A DNA stretch of 64,000 bases from Chara braunii. Taxonomy: Eukaryota > Plantae > Charophyceae. Position 1 is the stretch's first letter; the number at the start of each line of letters is the position of its first letter. The stretch lies in NCBI GenBank assembly GCA_003427395.1, contig BFEA01000037.1:4707477-4771476 (forward strand), written 5' to 3'. Position numbers and translations under genes: made by a program. This document shows positions 1 through 10,997 of the stretch, piece by piece. The notes below the pieces were generated by a model that saw only the letters and a program-made list of their open reading frames with translations, ran no database searches and was not told where the DNA came from.

Positions 1-96
1 AGGTACCGGCCTGGACTGGCCTACCCCAAATATAACACAGGCCTGTGAGAACAGGCCAAGGGGCTGGTCTCACAGGTCATCCCGAGGTCCGCTACA
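1..96. mobile_element. Partial LTR of the chromovirus family found at 46668-56348
   Basis: Near-identical to the right ends of LTRs 46668-46978 and 56040-56348; ends in GAGGTCCGCTACA. Confidence 0.85.
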
Positions 97-1380
97 GTTA
101 TTGTGTTCAAAAGACCAGTGGTGGGGCTGCAATTCTCGTTGTAGGATCAGGGTGTCACTCATCCCATCAGCCTGCGCGGCCAACAGGCTAGCCGCAAAGA
201 TGCAGGCCTGGCCATTTACCGGTACCACCGCCCGAGCTGCAGTATGGAAAGGCGAAGGCAGACTAATCTGTCCAGCCAATACACTGCATATTCCGACGTA
301 CCGAGTAGTGAGGAGAAAACAGCGGGTTTGAAGACTCACTGGTTGATCGGCCATGTTGGTTACCCTATCAAGCGAAGCAACGGAGTCTGGCTGTGAACGG
401 GGTGCTTGCTGAGACCTAGTGAGGACTATATAGCCAGTATCTATGCAGACTCTGCTCGCTGCATGGCTGGTTAGGCCGCGTTGTTGCTTCACTACGGAGA
501 GGGACGGGACTCAGACTGATTGTTGATCCACGACCCGTATTTTAGGCTGCAGCCGGACTCTTTCAGATCTCGAGCTTGTTGAAGGACTTGAGGTCGTTGA
601 AAGGAGAATTACTGATGCGAACTGAAGGGTTGTCAGAGAGTCAACAAGCTGCTGACTGTTGTCGCTGCTATTTACCGCCGCTATGGTAGCTGCTACTGTT
701 GCTGGTGATCGTCGCTGGGTATTACTGTTGCATCTAAGGACTGTTACAGGCGGTCGTGAGACTTGGGGAGGTGATCAGGCCGAACAAGTAGGGGGTTGGT
801 GCTACGAGTTAGAAGGTCGTCAGGGGACTGATTCTGACAGTTTGACTTCAGAGGTTGGCCAAGCTGATTCATTGGCTGCCGTTGCGGGGCCCTCAGGCAT
901 ATACAGATTTCAAAGCCCTCTCACTGTGAGTTCGAGTTGTCCCACTCCTGGATCTCGAGAGTCTAACCTATCTCCTTCTATCCTTCTTGGTCTAAGTCTA
1001 GCCTGAGGTTACGAGACGAAGGCGGCAAGCGGGATTGAAACCCGTAGGACCGCGCCAAGGCCTCTCTGGGAGGTTCGCCCCACCGATTGCGGGAGCTCTG
1101 CCGGAGCCCGGACGGGGTTCTGGAGGCAGGGAACTTCAGGTATAATCTCGTTTAACGCGTATGATCCCTTCCCCTATCTGTTATCCTTGGGTATCTAAAT
1201 ATAACTATGTCAGGATATTACTGGTTGTTTTGTTACGTATGTCAGGACATGGTTTGCAGAAGGCTAAATGAACAGCTATATATGGGAGATCAGATTTCCT
1301 TTGAGTAAATTCAAACAGAATGAACTGGGGGAAAGTGGGTTGAAGGTGTATTGCCTGCTTTGACCGGGTCAACTCAAGGC

Positions 1381-2590
1381 TGAGCTCCTCTAAGTTGATG
1401 TGGGCTCAGTGCTATGTTTTATTTATGTTTGCTGGGCTGAATGTATGATCTTTAAGGGCCGGGCCTATCCTAAGTTGGACGGACCAGTCGCTGTTTCTTT
1501 CAGGGGTTTCTGAACAGGAGGATCGACACCCTAAGTTGGGAGGTCTCAAAATCCTGATGTTTCTGAAAACAGAGCTGGGAATACTCTAAGTTGCGTGGAC
1601 CCAGTGCTGTGTGTGTTTTCTTCTGAGGGGGACACCGGTATAAGGTTGAGCGTACCCTTAAGTTAGGGCGGCTCAGTCATAAGCCATGAACAGAAAGTCA
1701 ACCAAAAGTATAAAAATTTGATATATATTATACGAACCTTTACCATCTGGCAGGCCGGGCACCCTAAGTTGGGAAAGCCAGTCAATAAGTCAGGTAGAAC
1801 AAAATGAAGAGAGAGGCAAATGAAGAGTATAACGGAAGTAACCCGGACAGACTGAGCGTACCCTTAAGTTAGGGCGGTCCAGTCCTATGCTCGTGATAAT
1901 ACAAAGGTACAGAGAGTTAGTATAAATCTGCTTTTATTTTCCTTTTTAAACACATGGCAGGATTGGATGTCTCCCTAAGTTGGGTAGGTCTGATCATCTG
2001 CCTAATAAGACAGAAACATATAAAGTTTGTGCAAGTATATCAATGGTTGTTTCCTTATAGTCGTTACGGAGACTAAGCGTACCCTTAAGTTAGGGCGACT
2101 TAGTCATACGTCGTTTGTGCTTTGTTCAGACAGATCATGTCTTAAATACGTAAACTGTTTAAGCTAGCTAGGCATACCCTTAAGTTAGGGCGACCTAGTG
2201 ATATGCTCTTGTCGTTGATGTTATGTAGGTTGGACGTACCCTGAAGTTAGGGCGGTCTGACCACTCGTCGTTCGTACTTGTTTTAGGCAAGTTAGGCACA
2301 CCCCTAAGTTGGGGCAGCCGAATCATTTGCCCTATGTAACTTTGTCTAAGGCTGACTAGGCATACCCTTAAGTTAGGGCAGTCTAGTCTTATGCTTCACG
2401 TCGTCAGTTAAGCAGAAGTCAGACGTACCCTTAAGTTAGGGCGGTCTGGTCATATGTTTCATGACTAGAGTTCAAGTGGTGTTGTGCATACCCTTAAGTT
2501 AGGGCAGTCCAGTTGTGCGTACTTTTACTTGTTTAACTAGGTAGGTTTGGCATACCCTTAAGTTGGGGCGTTGCCTGATCATATGCCATA
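1381..2590 (+). repeat. Array of 16 stem-loop units with conserved core (C)CCT-TAAGTT-AGGG / CCC-TAAGTT-GGG and non-repetitive linkers
   Basis: Loop hexamer starts at 1391, 1471, 1532, 1587, 1659, 1765, 1865, 1976, 2086, 2181, 2243 (GAAGTT), 2305, 2369, 2432, 2495 and 2559; flanking stems differ in sequence but keep pairing. Confidence 0.9.
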
Positions 2591-3322
2591 CGCAAAGGGC
2601 TTTACTAAGGGAGAAACTGAGTGATTTAAACGAACTACTTGGGAAAATTGATGTGGGATTGTGAGAGATGTTTGTTTATGTATGTTTGTCGGTTCTCGTT
2701 CTGGCGCGTCTTTTCGATAGGTTAGCTGCCTAGATCTTCGCCAAGTGCTGGAGCCATAGGTAGATGAGATGGATGATGGGAGGGTGACCTTACTTGAAGT
2801 TAGAGTTGATGATAGCTCACGATACCATCTTCTCAAAGGGGATCGTATAAACTACCTCCAATAGTAACTATCAAAGGCAAGTGTCAAAAGTTAGTCCCAA
2901 GTATAGCTTTGCTTTGCCTTTTTATTGTTAACTATGTATAAATCTTGACAGCCTCCTGTTCCTACTGGAAGCGCTGCCGAAATTTCTACAAATCTAAAAG
3001 AGTTAGTCATTTTTGAGCTTGTAGAAATTTTGAAAAGACACTTTTCCTACGGGAAGCGCTTCCGAAATTTTGTAGAATTCGAGGAGCTAGAATAATTTTC
3101 AGCTAGGAGATACTTAGAAAATCCACCTTGGTTAGAGGAGATGTTCGGTGACTTGGTACTAATAGAGGAGCTAGGTTACGACTAGGAGAATGTTATCCCC
3201 TTGATATAAACATAAGTAGTACTTTTCTTCGGCCTGTACTGTGATGCAGGTTTCCATGTTTTCGCTTGAAGGCTTGATCTGCTCAGCCTGTTCCTTCACA
3301 AGAGTTACTTTTCTGTTATCAC

Positions 3323-3928
3323 TGATAACAGGTCGGTTGCCGATTCGTCGGTTTACGACTCAACCCCAATTCACTCTCAATACTCAACCTAAAAAGGCTT
3401 TAGCCCTGATGATTTTATTGTTTTGTTAAGATTTCACCCGGACGTTTATTGAATGGCCATTTAACAAAGGTACTGAGTATTTAATTACGATTGGTTGGCT
3501 GGACGTTGGGGTTTGCATGGCTAAAGTAAAGGGGTATGAGTATGGAGATTGGTTGGAGTTGACTCCGTGTAGTGCATGGACTTTTGTTTGACTCTTTGAT
3601 GTGATTGCAGGTGTGGTCCGTGGCTCGAATTATTAGATTGGACTGTCTGCGATCTCACATATGTGTATGGCTAGGAGGAGTCCCATTGTGATTGTGAGAT
3701 GTGATCGTCACATATCTATTCCCCTATATTTATATAGATGTGCGTATATATATGTACCTGTGCGGGGTATTAGCGTGGCCTGAAGTGACCGCGTATTAAG
3801 GACCTAATCAAGGGTTGGGGTGAATAGAAGGGAGAGGATGACCCCCCTCTACTTTTCTTGAAGAATTTTCGGTCGGACGTTAGCCCTGAGCCGGGAATAC
3901 GATGGTCCTCGCCCAGGACGACCTATCA
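3323..3928. mobile_element. Candidate LTR (TGATA...TATCA termini, internal TATA-like tract)
   Basis: Inverted 5-bp termini; TATA-like tract near 3724-3752; the right end coincides with the point where maturase similarity stops. No partner LTR in the window. Confidence 0.35.
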
Positions 3929-4308
3929 TTAAGTGAACTATCGACCATAATGATGATCGATTGTCCACGAAAGAGTAGTAATTCATGATTCCGAGTATTC
4001 TCTGATTGTAGAATCTTAATATGTCTGCATGATCCATGGAGACTATTCCACGTTTTGCCGTGGATATAAAGTCTCCTTTCAAAAATCCCTGTTCTCGCTG
4101 TGTACTTAACAGTTTCTGATGGGTGCATGCAACACCAATCTTTTCCTTCTTTCGTACCTTTTGCTTTTACCACGCGATATTTGGGTACCTAGGAAGAAGA
4201 ATCCGGAATCAATATGTGATATCTTAATTTCTTTGTTTAGCTCTAGTCCGAGCGTACTTAGAAAGGTTGATATAAGATCACATATCTCAATTGCGTCAGG
4301 AAGAGGGT
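3929..4308 (-). pseudogene. Group II intron RT/maturase fragment (RT domains 6-7 plus domain X), probably an organelle-derived insertion (NUMT)
   Basis: Minus-strand translation LGLELNKEIKISHIDSGFFFLGTQI...LVLHAPIR/(frameshift)KLL...GFLKGD...DHADILRFYNQRILGIMNYYSFVDNRSSLWSIVH matches mitochondrial-lineage group II intron-encoded proteins. Confidence 0.85.
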
Positions 4309-5896
4309 CCCGGGGCTAACACTAAAGGGGTTTTCTCTGATAAGCGTTAAAAGTAGTCATTTTTTTTCCTTGTTGGGATTTTTTTTTGTGGAACGCCAAA
4401 GTTCCGGGCGGAAGGGTTAGCGTGTCGCTGGTGATGCACCAAACAACTCACCACCGCTCCGAATTCCTTCCTGCCCTAGGGACCATCTTACCCCGCGCCC
4501 TTAGGGACACCTCAGGGTGCAGAAGATGGTAAGGCCCTCAGGCCAGTTTTGCGCTCGCTAAAGGGTTGTTCCCCTTAGTGCGCACTTCAGCCGACGCCTG
4601 AGCGTCAAAGGCGACCCCACGGCTCAAATAAGGCCATTTGGGAATGAGCGCCATATTGTGCGTCGTCATCGCAGCTAATCGCGTAGGACTACATTGCGGA
4701 TCGATATGGGTAGGATCTGCGCCCGCGCGATCTTATACTAAAACTTGCGCACGGCAGTTACCGACTTCCGCTACAGAAAGTTATGGGTCGAGCGGAGTCT
4801 CTCGTTTTCTGTGGTTGTTCTCCTTTTTGAGTTTATAGTTGGACGCTGTAGTCCGTGGCAGCCGTCAAAGTCAAACCCCGTGATCTTTGGCCACCACGAC
4901 AGCTTAAAGTTGTTTACTCAACCCCTCTGCACAGGGTGTAGAAGAGGGTGTGGTCATCAACCGCACATGGCGGTTGTCTGGCATTAAGAGATTACCCCTC
5001 AAAGCGCCTGTCAGCCGACACTTGAGTGTCGAACGCGACCCTCGAAGATTATCAAGGGCCGCAAGGCTACGATTACCACATGGTACCCCATCAACGCGAG
5101 TGCTCGCGTATACCCGCATGGCTAGACGATATGAAGAGGCCATGCGCTCGCTCAACATTTATACGGAAGTCCAACGCGCGATACCTATCTGGTTCTTGCT
5201 GCATAGAGTTATGGGTAGAATGTTGAAGGGACTAGGAGTATTGTTGTGTTGTGGTGTTGTGTTGTAGTGTTGTTTGTAGTGGTTGTCTTGTGTGTCTCCG
5301 TGTGGTAAGTGTGAGTATTGTGGTGTAACACGTGGTGTGTGTGGCGCGTCCTAGTCAACCGACGTCGGACCGCGTTTGGGACTTCAGCCCCCTAGTGCGT
5401 CGATTCACGTACGGGTTCGATTTTGGGCGTTTGACCGCGCGCACCCCCTATGCTACAGCGAGCGAGAAACGCCCTCGGCTGGGCCACCTCTGCAATTGCA
5501 TACGAAAAACCTTTGCAAGTGGTTCAGTAGCTCGGCGGGGATACGCCCACCTAAGGGATGGTGACAGCTCCCGCAGGTGGAGGTAAGCGGTGCCTCGCAT
5601 GACCCTGTCATGTCGTAGGGGCTCGCGAGAGGTACGGCTGGCGCAATCGGCCGGAGCGGCAAACGCTCTCCACGACAAGTCTTGTCAAATCCTGCGTGAC
5701 GCGGCCGGGAGGGTCCCCGTGCGGGACCAATGCGCTCGACAACGTGATTGCGACATTAACGAGCGGGCAGCATCTTGGTGTTATCAACATCGACTGGAGC
5801 GCGAAAAGTGTATTGAAGGCATAGGGGATTGGACTTACGACATCATCCGTGGTGGATCATCTGAACTCATGCGATTATAGCCGAAGGGATTGTCGA

Positions 5897-7300
5897 TGTA
5901 CGATCATGAGAGAGGAGGCGTTAGATCTGTGTACGTGAAGGCGAGTTTGCGTCACCATGCCGGAGCAGGAGGGATCGAGAGAGCGGAGTGGACCAAGGGA
6001 ACGCAACAAATAATAGGATCGTGATGATAGACGCAATAAGTATGAAGACAAGAATTACCGAGGCGAGAGGTATGACCAAGAGGACAAGTGGGAACATGGG
6101 CGTAGGCGTCATTGTCTGCTTTCGATGCGACGAAGTTTGACACTATGTCAATCAGTGCCGGAACCCACCTGTTGAAAGGCAGCATTACGAATCGAAGCCA
6201 TCGACATCCTCTACATCTTATCGAGGGAGGTCATACTCACCTAAACACATAGAAAGCAGCTACGAAAGACGAACGGCATCAGCGGACCCACATGTCGCAA
6301 AGCAGATCCGAGAATTGGGCGCTAGCGTAGCCAGAGTTCGTGACTACATAGAACAAGACCGAGTGAAGAAGGCAACGAAAGAGCAGAAGAAGAAGGAGAA
6401 AGAACAAGAGAAGCGTCGTCTAGAAGATGAATGCATGGCACGCGAGCGGCAAGAGATGAAGAAAGTCGACAAGGAGAAAAAAGCAGTAGAAAGAGCGAAA
6501 CAAGAAGCTCTGAAGGATGCGGAACTACGTGAAGAGATGCGTAAAGTGGTGAACATGCAAGTGCACATGCAATTGGGTCAGGTGAATGAGGCTCTACAGG
6601 AGGGGCTGCAACTTACAGCGGAACAGGCGAAGACACTGAGGAGGAAGAAAGGGAAGGAGGAAGTTACCTACCAGAGCGAAGACAAAGAGACAAGCGACGA
6701 AGAGAGTTGTAGCGAAGAAGAGGAATTGAGTCGAAAGACTACTAGGCTGCGCATCTCGGAGAAGAGGAAGAGGGCAGACGAGCACGCGTTCGAGGACAAC
6801 CCTCCGATGGAACTCCCGCCAAAGAGAATCCCAGCTAGGGGTATATTAAAACCATTGAAGTTGTCGACCAAGCTGGCACGCTCGAAGCGTCGTGAATCGG
6901 GTGCAGCGAAGGGCATCAAATTAGCCTCCACGAGAACGCCGAGCAAGACGAAGAAGACACTGGTACGCATGAAGACGCCGTCATCAGCGAAGAAGACACC
7001 ACAGGCAGGTAAAGTAGACAAGACCCCGGGGCAAAACAGAGGTTTGGATAAGTCGGTGTCTTTTGGATCAACGGAAAAGCTGAAACGGAAGAATGCGATT
7101 ATGTTGAGCCTAAGAGGTTTGGACGCACCGACATCGCAGGGGATTTGCAAGAAGGAAGGGATTCCGTACACAGGTAAGATAGACGCAATCTTCGATATTC
7201 GCATCCTGATGGATACGGAGGAAGTGGAGACACGAAGGGAGGACGACGACCAGACTGACGTGGTGACATAGGAGGAGGAGGAAGATGAGATAACCAATCA
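5897..7300 (+). pseudogene. PLE ORF1: gag-like zinc knuckle, coiled coil, basic region and SAP-like C-terminal motif
   Basis: CFRCDEV*HYVNQC at 6117-6158 (Cx2Cx4Hx4C with one stop); ORF 6315-7271 is K/E-rich and ends LRGLDAPTSQGICKKEGIPYTGKIDAIFDI. Confidence 0.7.
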
Positions 7301-7513
7301 CTAGGAAGTCTTAAGCAACGATGTAACATGGCTTTTCGTGGGATTTTTGACTAATTGGAGAAAGACTAGTAGCAAGGTGGACCCCGTTGTCGAATCTCTG
7401 GTACGACTTCTAGTAGTTAAGCTTGCGCTCAATGGATGTATCAGGTGGGCGGAAAAGTGTGTTAAGGCTTGGATTAGTCTCTAAACCAAACATGGTGATG
7501 ATTTGTAAATGTT

Positions 7514-10150
7514 GATAATTGTGTGTATGTGGCGATCTTACCTTATTGCAAATCGCAGTATATAGGTAAGACTAATAGGGACCTTAATACATGCTTGAGG
7601 GAACATATTTAGGCATGCATCGATAAAACTCAGACGCATTTTTATAGATGGGTTAATACTTTCGGAATCCATCAGTATGTGTTAATACCTGTCGATCGAC
7701 ATGAGGGAGCGGAACTTAGTAAATTAGATACAGTTTATATCAAGAAGTGGTCACCGTTTTTGAATTCGGCAGGCACAGGGAAGGCAAAGCCAGGGCAGAA
7801 GCGTTGCGAAGTGGGCAAGAAGGAACGAGTAAGACGAAAGGGTGGGACACGTGTAGCCAATCATCAAGATTTTGTCATCATTAGAGTTCGTGCTAGCGGG
7901 ACTGAGGCTAGTCAGGTTGATTTTTTTTCCTTCCTGAAGAGAAAAAAGGATGAACGAGTTTCGAACTTTACGTTCACGACTACACCTAGGGATACTTGGT
8001 TCCTCGGATGGAAGAGAATTCTTAAACGATTCGGTAAGTCGAGTCTGGAAAATGCATCGGGAGTTTGCCTGTTACACGAGGGCAGACGACTACTGGAGTC
8101 GGGGGGTACGTTCACTATTAATTATCTACAAGTATGGAAGAGACAAGGGAACTCGCATAAGGCAGTCTTGTTGGGTATTTTGCGCAACCCACACCTATTA
8201 TATACCACTAGGCATTGGAAGATCGGAGCAATACTGAGGTTGTACAAATCTGTTAAGGATTTCAGTCGTAAATCTACCAGGAAGTATTTGAGGCGCTTTG
8301 TTACCCACTGCTTTAAGGAGCGTTTTGGTTTGAGTTTGAGTGCGGATTTGAGTTTTCGACTCAGGTATGACGAGAGAGTCAAGTTGGGTGAAGTCCGTAA
8401 AGTAGCTAATGGCCTGTTGATGGGGTGCGACTTACCAGAGTGTTTCAAACTTCGAACGCGCAGAAAGATTCGCATTGTTTGGACGAAAAATCCATCAATT
8501 GGGGATATTATGCATAATCAACGGTCCTTTGCCACTAGATTATTACTTACCTGTCAATGTGCAGGTATGTCCTATCCCAGAGAGGAAGGGCACGTTCGTT
8601 TTCGTTTGAGCGCTTTGGAGAGCTGCCATCCTATGCTAGCTAATGCTAATAGCATTCCTACACCAAAGGTGGGTAACAGGTTGAAGCGGCTGAAGGAGGA
8701 GTTGACCGATGGGTTCGAGGCATGGTTTAATATGCTTGGTAAGCCGCCAACAATTGACATGGGAGCTTCGAAGGGTCGTCTGGTGAATGATGCTTTTACA
8801 AATGGAGACCAACTGACAAGTAAATAAGTACAAGACCTGAAGCAGAGGCTGGATGGTCTAGTCCTTACTCCTTGCGATCGTAATCCGGGTGAGACTGCGG
8901 TGATGTGCCTGGCGGTCTATTATAGATCTATGATGGATACTTTCATATGCAACATAGGATACAACATCATTAAGGCACCAACAAGCGTGATCTTATGCGA
9001 GATTAACGAGACTGTTAAGTCGGAAGATCTGGAGAAGTTTGCCAAATGCGATAAGAAGGGTAAATTTGGTTCAGCCTACGTTATACCAAAGCAGAAGGAT
9101 CTGAGTCGTTTTTGTCCTATCTGCCCAACCTTCAACGAGCCAATGGTCAAGACTGGGAGGTTGGTAGCGAAAGTTTTAAACTACTTACTGACCAAAGTTC
9201 CTATTTCCTGACATTTTAACCTACGGGCTGTATCTTCTTTGATAGACATTATAAAAGTTGTAAATGACAACTTTGTCAGACTTGGACGGGACCTGAGGAT
9301 CGAAACACGGTCCTACGATATCAAAGAAATTTTCAGCAAACTTCCGCATGATGACATAGCTCGAGCTTTGATTTGGTTGATTGCACATCACAGGGAAAAG
9401 AGGCGTCAGTTTGTGCGAGTTAATACAAGAGGAAACGGTTGTTCGTTTGGCAGAACTATAAGTGCAGACCATTGGAGGGATTTGGATCTGTTTGACTTAC
9501 AGAAGTTTGTACTGCTTGAGTTATCTAATACTTACACCACCGCTACTGATGTCCTACTTAAGCAGGTAGTAGGGATACCAATGAGAAAGAGTACGAGTCC
9601 ACCACTTGCTTGCATTTTGTGTGCCTTCTCGGAATACCAGTTTCTGAGCATCCTGGGAAAGGATATGAGACATTTAGGGGGAATCAGACTGATGGATGAT
9701 GTGACGATTTTCACAGCGGTGAGGGACAGAAAACACAGTGCTAGATTATTTGAAGATTTCACTAACTGCTACCCCAGGAATTTGACGCTCGAACGTACAT
9801 ATGTGGGAGATGGAATAGTACCTTTTCTGGGATGCGAGGTGCGGACAACGCAAAAATTTCCTTACATCGGCTGTGTACAGGTATCAAAAAATGAGGGCTC
9901 TGTGTGGGAATCGGAAACCTTGGTGTTTCAAAATTGACAATCATTCAAATCTTTTGGTTGTACAGAAAAGTGCAGTAATTTGTGGGTACTTGCACAGGAA
10001 TGATCGGAATACATCAATTAGATCCGAAATCCCTCTGAGAGTACTGACTCTGGAGAAGGAATAGAATATATAAAAGGATTCAACAGGCGTTTCTTTCTAC
10101 GGGTTCTGCAACGATTCAGTGCGCGGCGTGAACAGTACTAGAAACTTACC
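7514..10150 (+). pseudogene. PLE ORF2: GIY-YIG endonuclease plus reverse transcriptase, with nonsense mutations
   Basis: One reading frame runs 7514-9937 with stops at 7610, 8825 and 9209. Motifs: CVYVAILPYCKSQYIGKTNRDLNTCLREH (GIY-YIG), VYIKKWSPFLN, LTPCDRN (DKG-like), SYDIKEIFSKLPH, QVVGIPMRKSTSPPLA, RLMDDV, PFLG. Confidence 0.9.
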
Positions 10151-10949
10151 TTCAAACTAATGAAGGAGAGGAAGGTGATGTGACAGAAGACCAGGATCGG
10201 TCCATGGCCGACCTCTGTAACTGTGTAATGTTTCTTTTGGACGGTAACTGGATTTTTTGTCCTACTTTTCTTGTCAATGTCGGTATTGGTTTTGGTTTAT
10301 CAAGTTGGATTTCTCTGTGACATATGTGATTTTTAGTTTTTTTAGCTATTGAAGTTTCGTATGGTAGTTTAAGAGTACAGAGCATATGAGGATTTCATAG
10401 AGATAGATCTGGACAGGGCCTTTGACACGTAGTAGCAATTGGACTTTATGTGTCCTCTACTAGAATAGAGAACCCCGCATGGAATAGGGGTTATTTCTCA
10501 TGTAACGGTAGCTTTGGAGTTTTCTTGAAAAATGTAGTTTAGTTGAGTCAGTAGGCCAAGGCGGAGCGGGGAAAATGAGGGACTTCGAAAAACATCTTGA
10601 CCGGTTTCGTAAAGGGAGTTAAGGCCTATACCTGCGTCTATCCAGTAGTGGGCGTAATATTTTGATATTCCGGGGGTATTTGCAGTCACTGAGTAGGCAG
10701 GTCCTGTCGAGATAGTCACGAATCATGGGACTAAGGATCAAATTGTTTTTTCTAAGTGGGAAAAGCAGGACCACAAAATGGCCGCGGTAACATGCCTAAA
10801 GTACTTATTCCGTAAGCACTTGGGCATCGATCCTTTTCGCAGGTCAACGTGCTCTAGTTCGCCCTGTACCCATTGGATGCAGGAGGACGAAAGGATGGAG
10901 ATGGGTATGTTGGGAAAAAGGTATAGTAGCAAGGGAGAAGTGGAGGTAA

Positions 10950-10997
10950 TCCCCATGAGGAGACGGTCTGACAACCGTCGAAACGCCGCGTCGGGGA
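10950..10997 (+). ncRNA. Minimal type I hammerhead ribozyme (C3 position reads A)
   Basis: TCCCC-ATGAGGA-GACGG(tctgacaa)CCGTC-GAAA-CGCCGCG-TC-GGGGA: stems I and II pair perfectly, stem III is short and near-palindromic, GUC cleavage triplet present. Confidence 0.8.

Noticed and set aside
1381-2590. A true CRISPR array
   Set aside because: There are no cas genes, the context is eukaryotic, and spacing varies from 55 to 111 nt. Much of each 'spacer' is self-complementary stem around the core rather than independent acquired sequence.
2815-2827. TGGTATCGTGAGC (minus strand) as a PBS
   Set aside because: The match is imperfect and it is not preceded by an LTR-type CA end.
2978-3032. AATTTCTAC...GTAGA resemblance to a Cas12a repeat
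   Set aside because: It is a single hairpin with the wrong loop size and is not repeated, so the match is coincidental.
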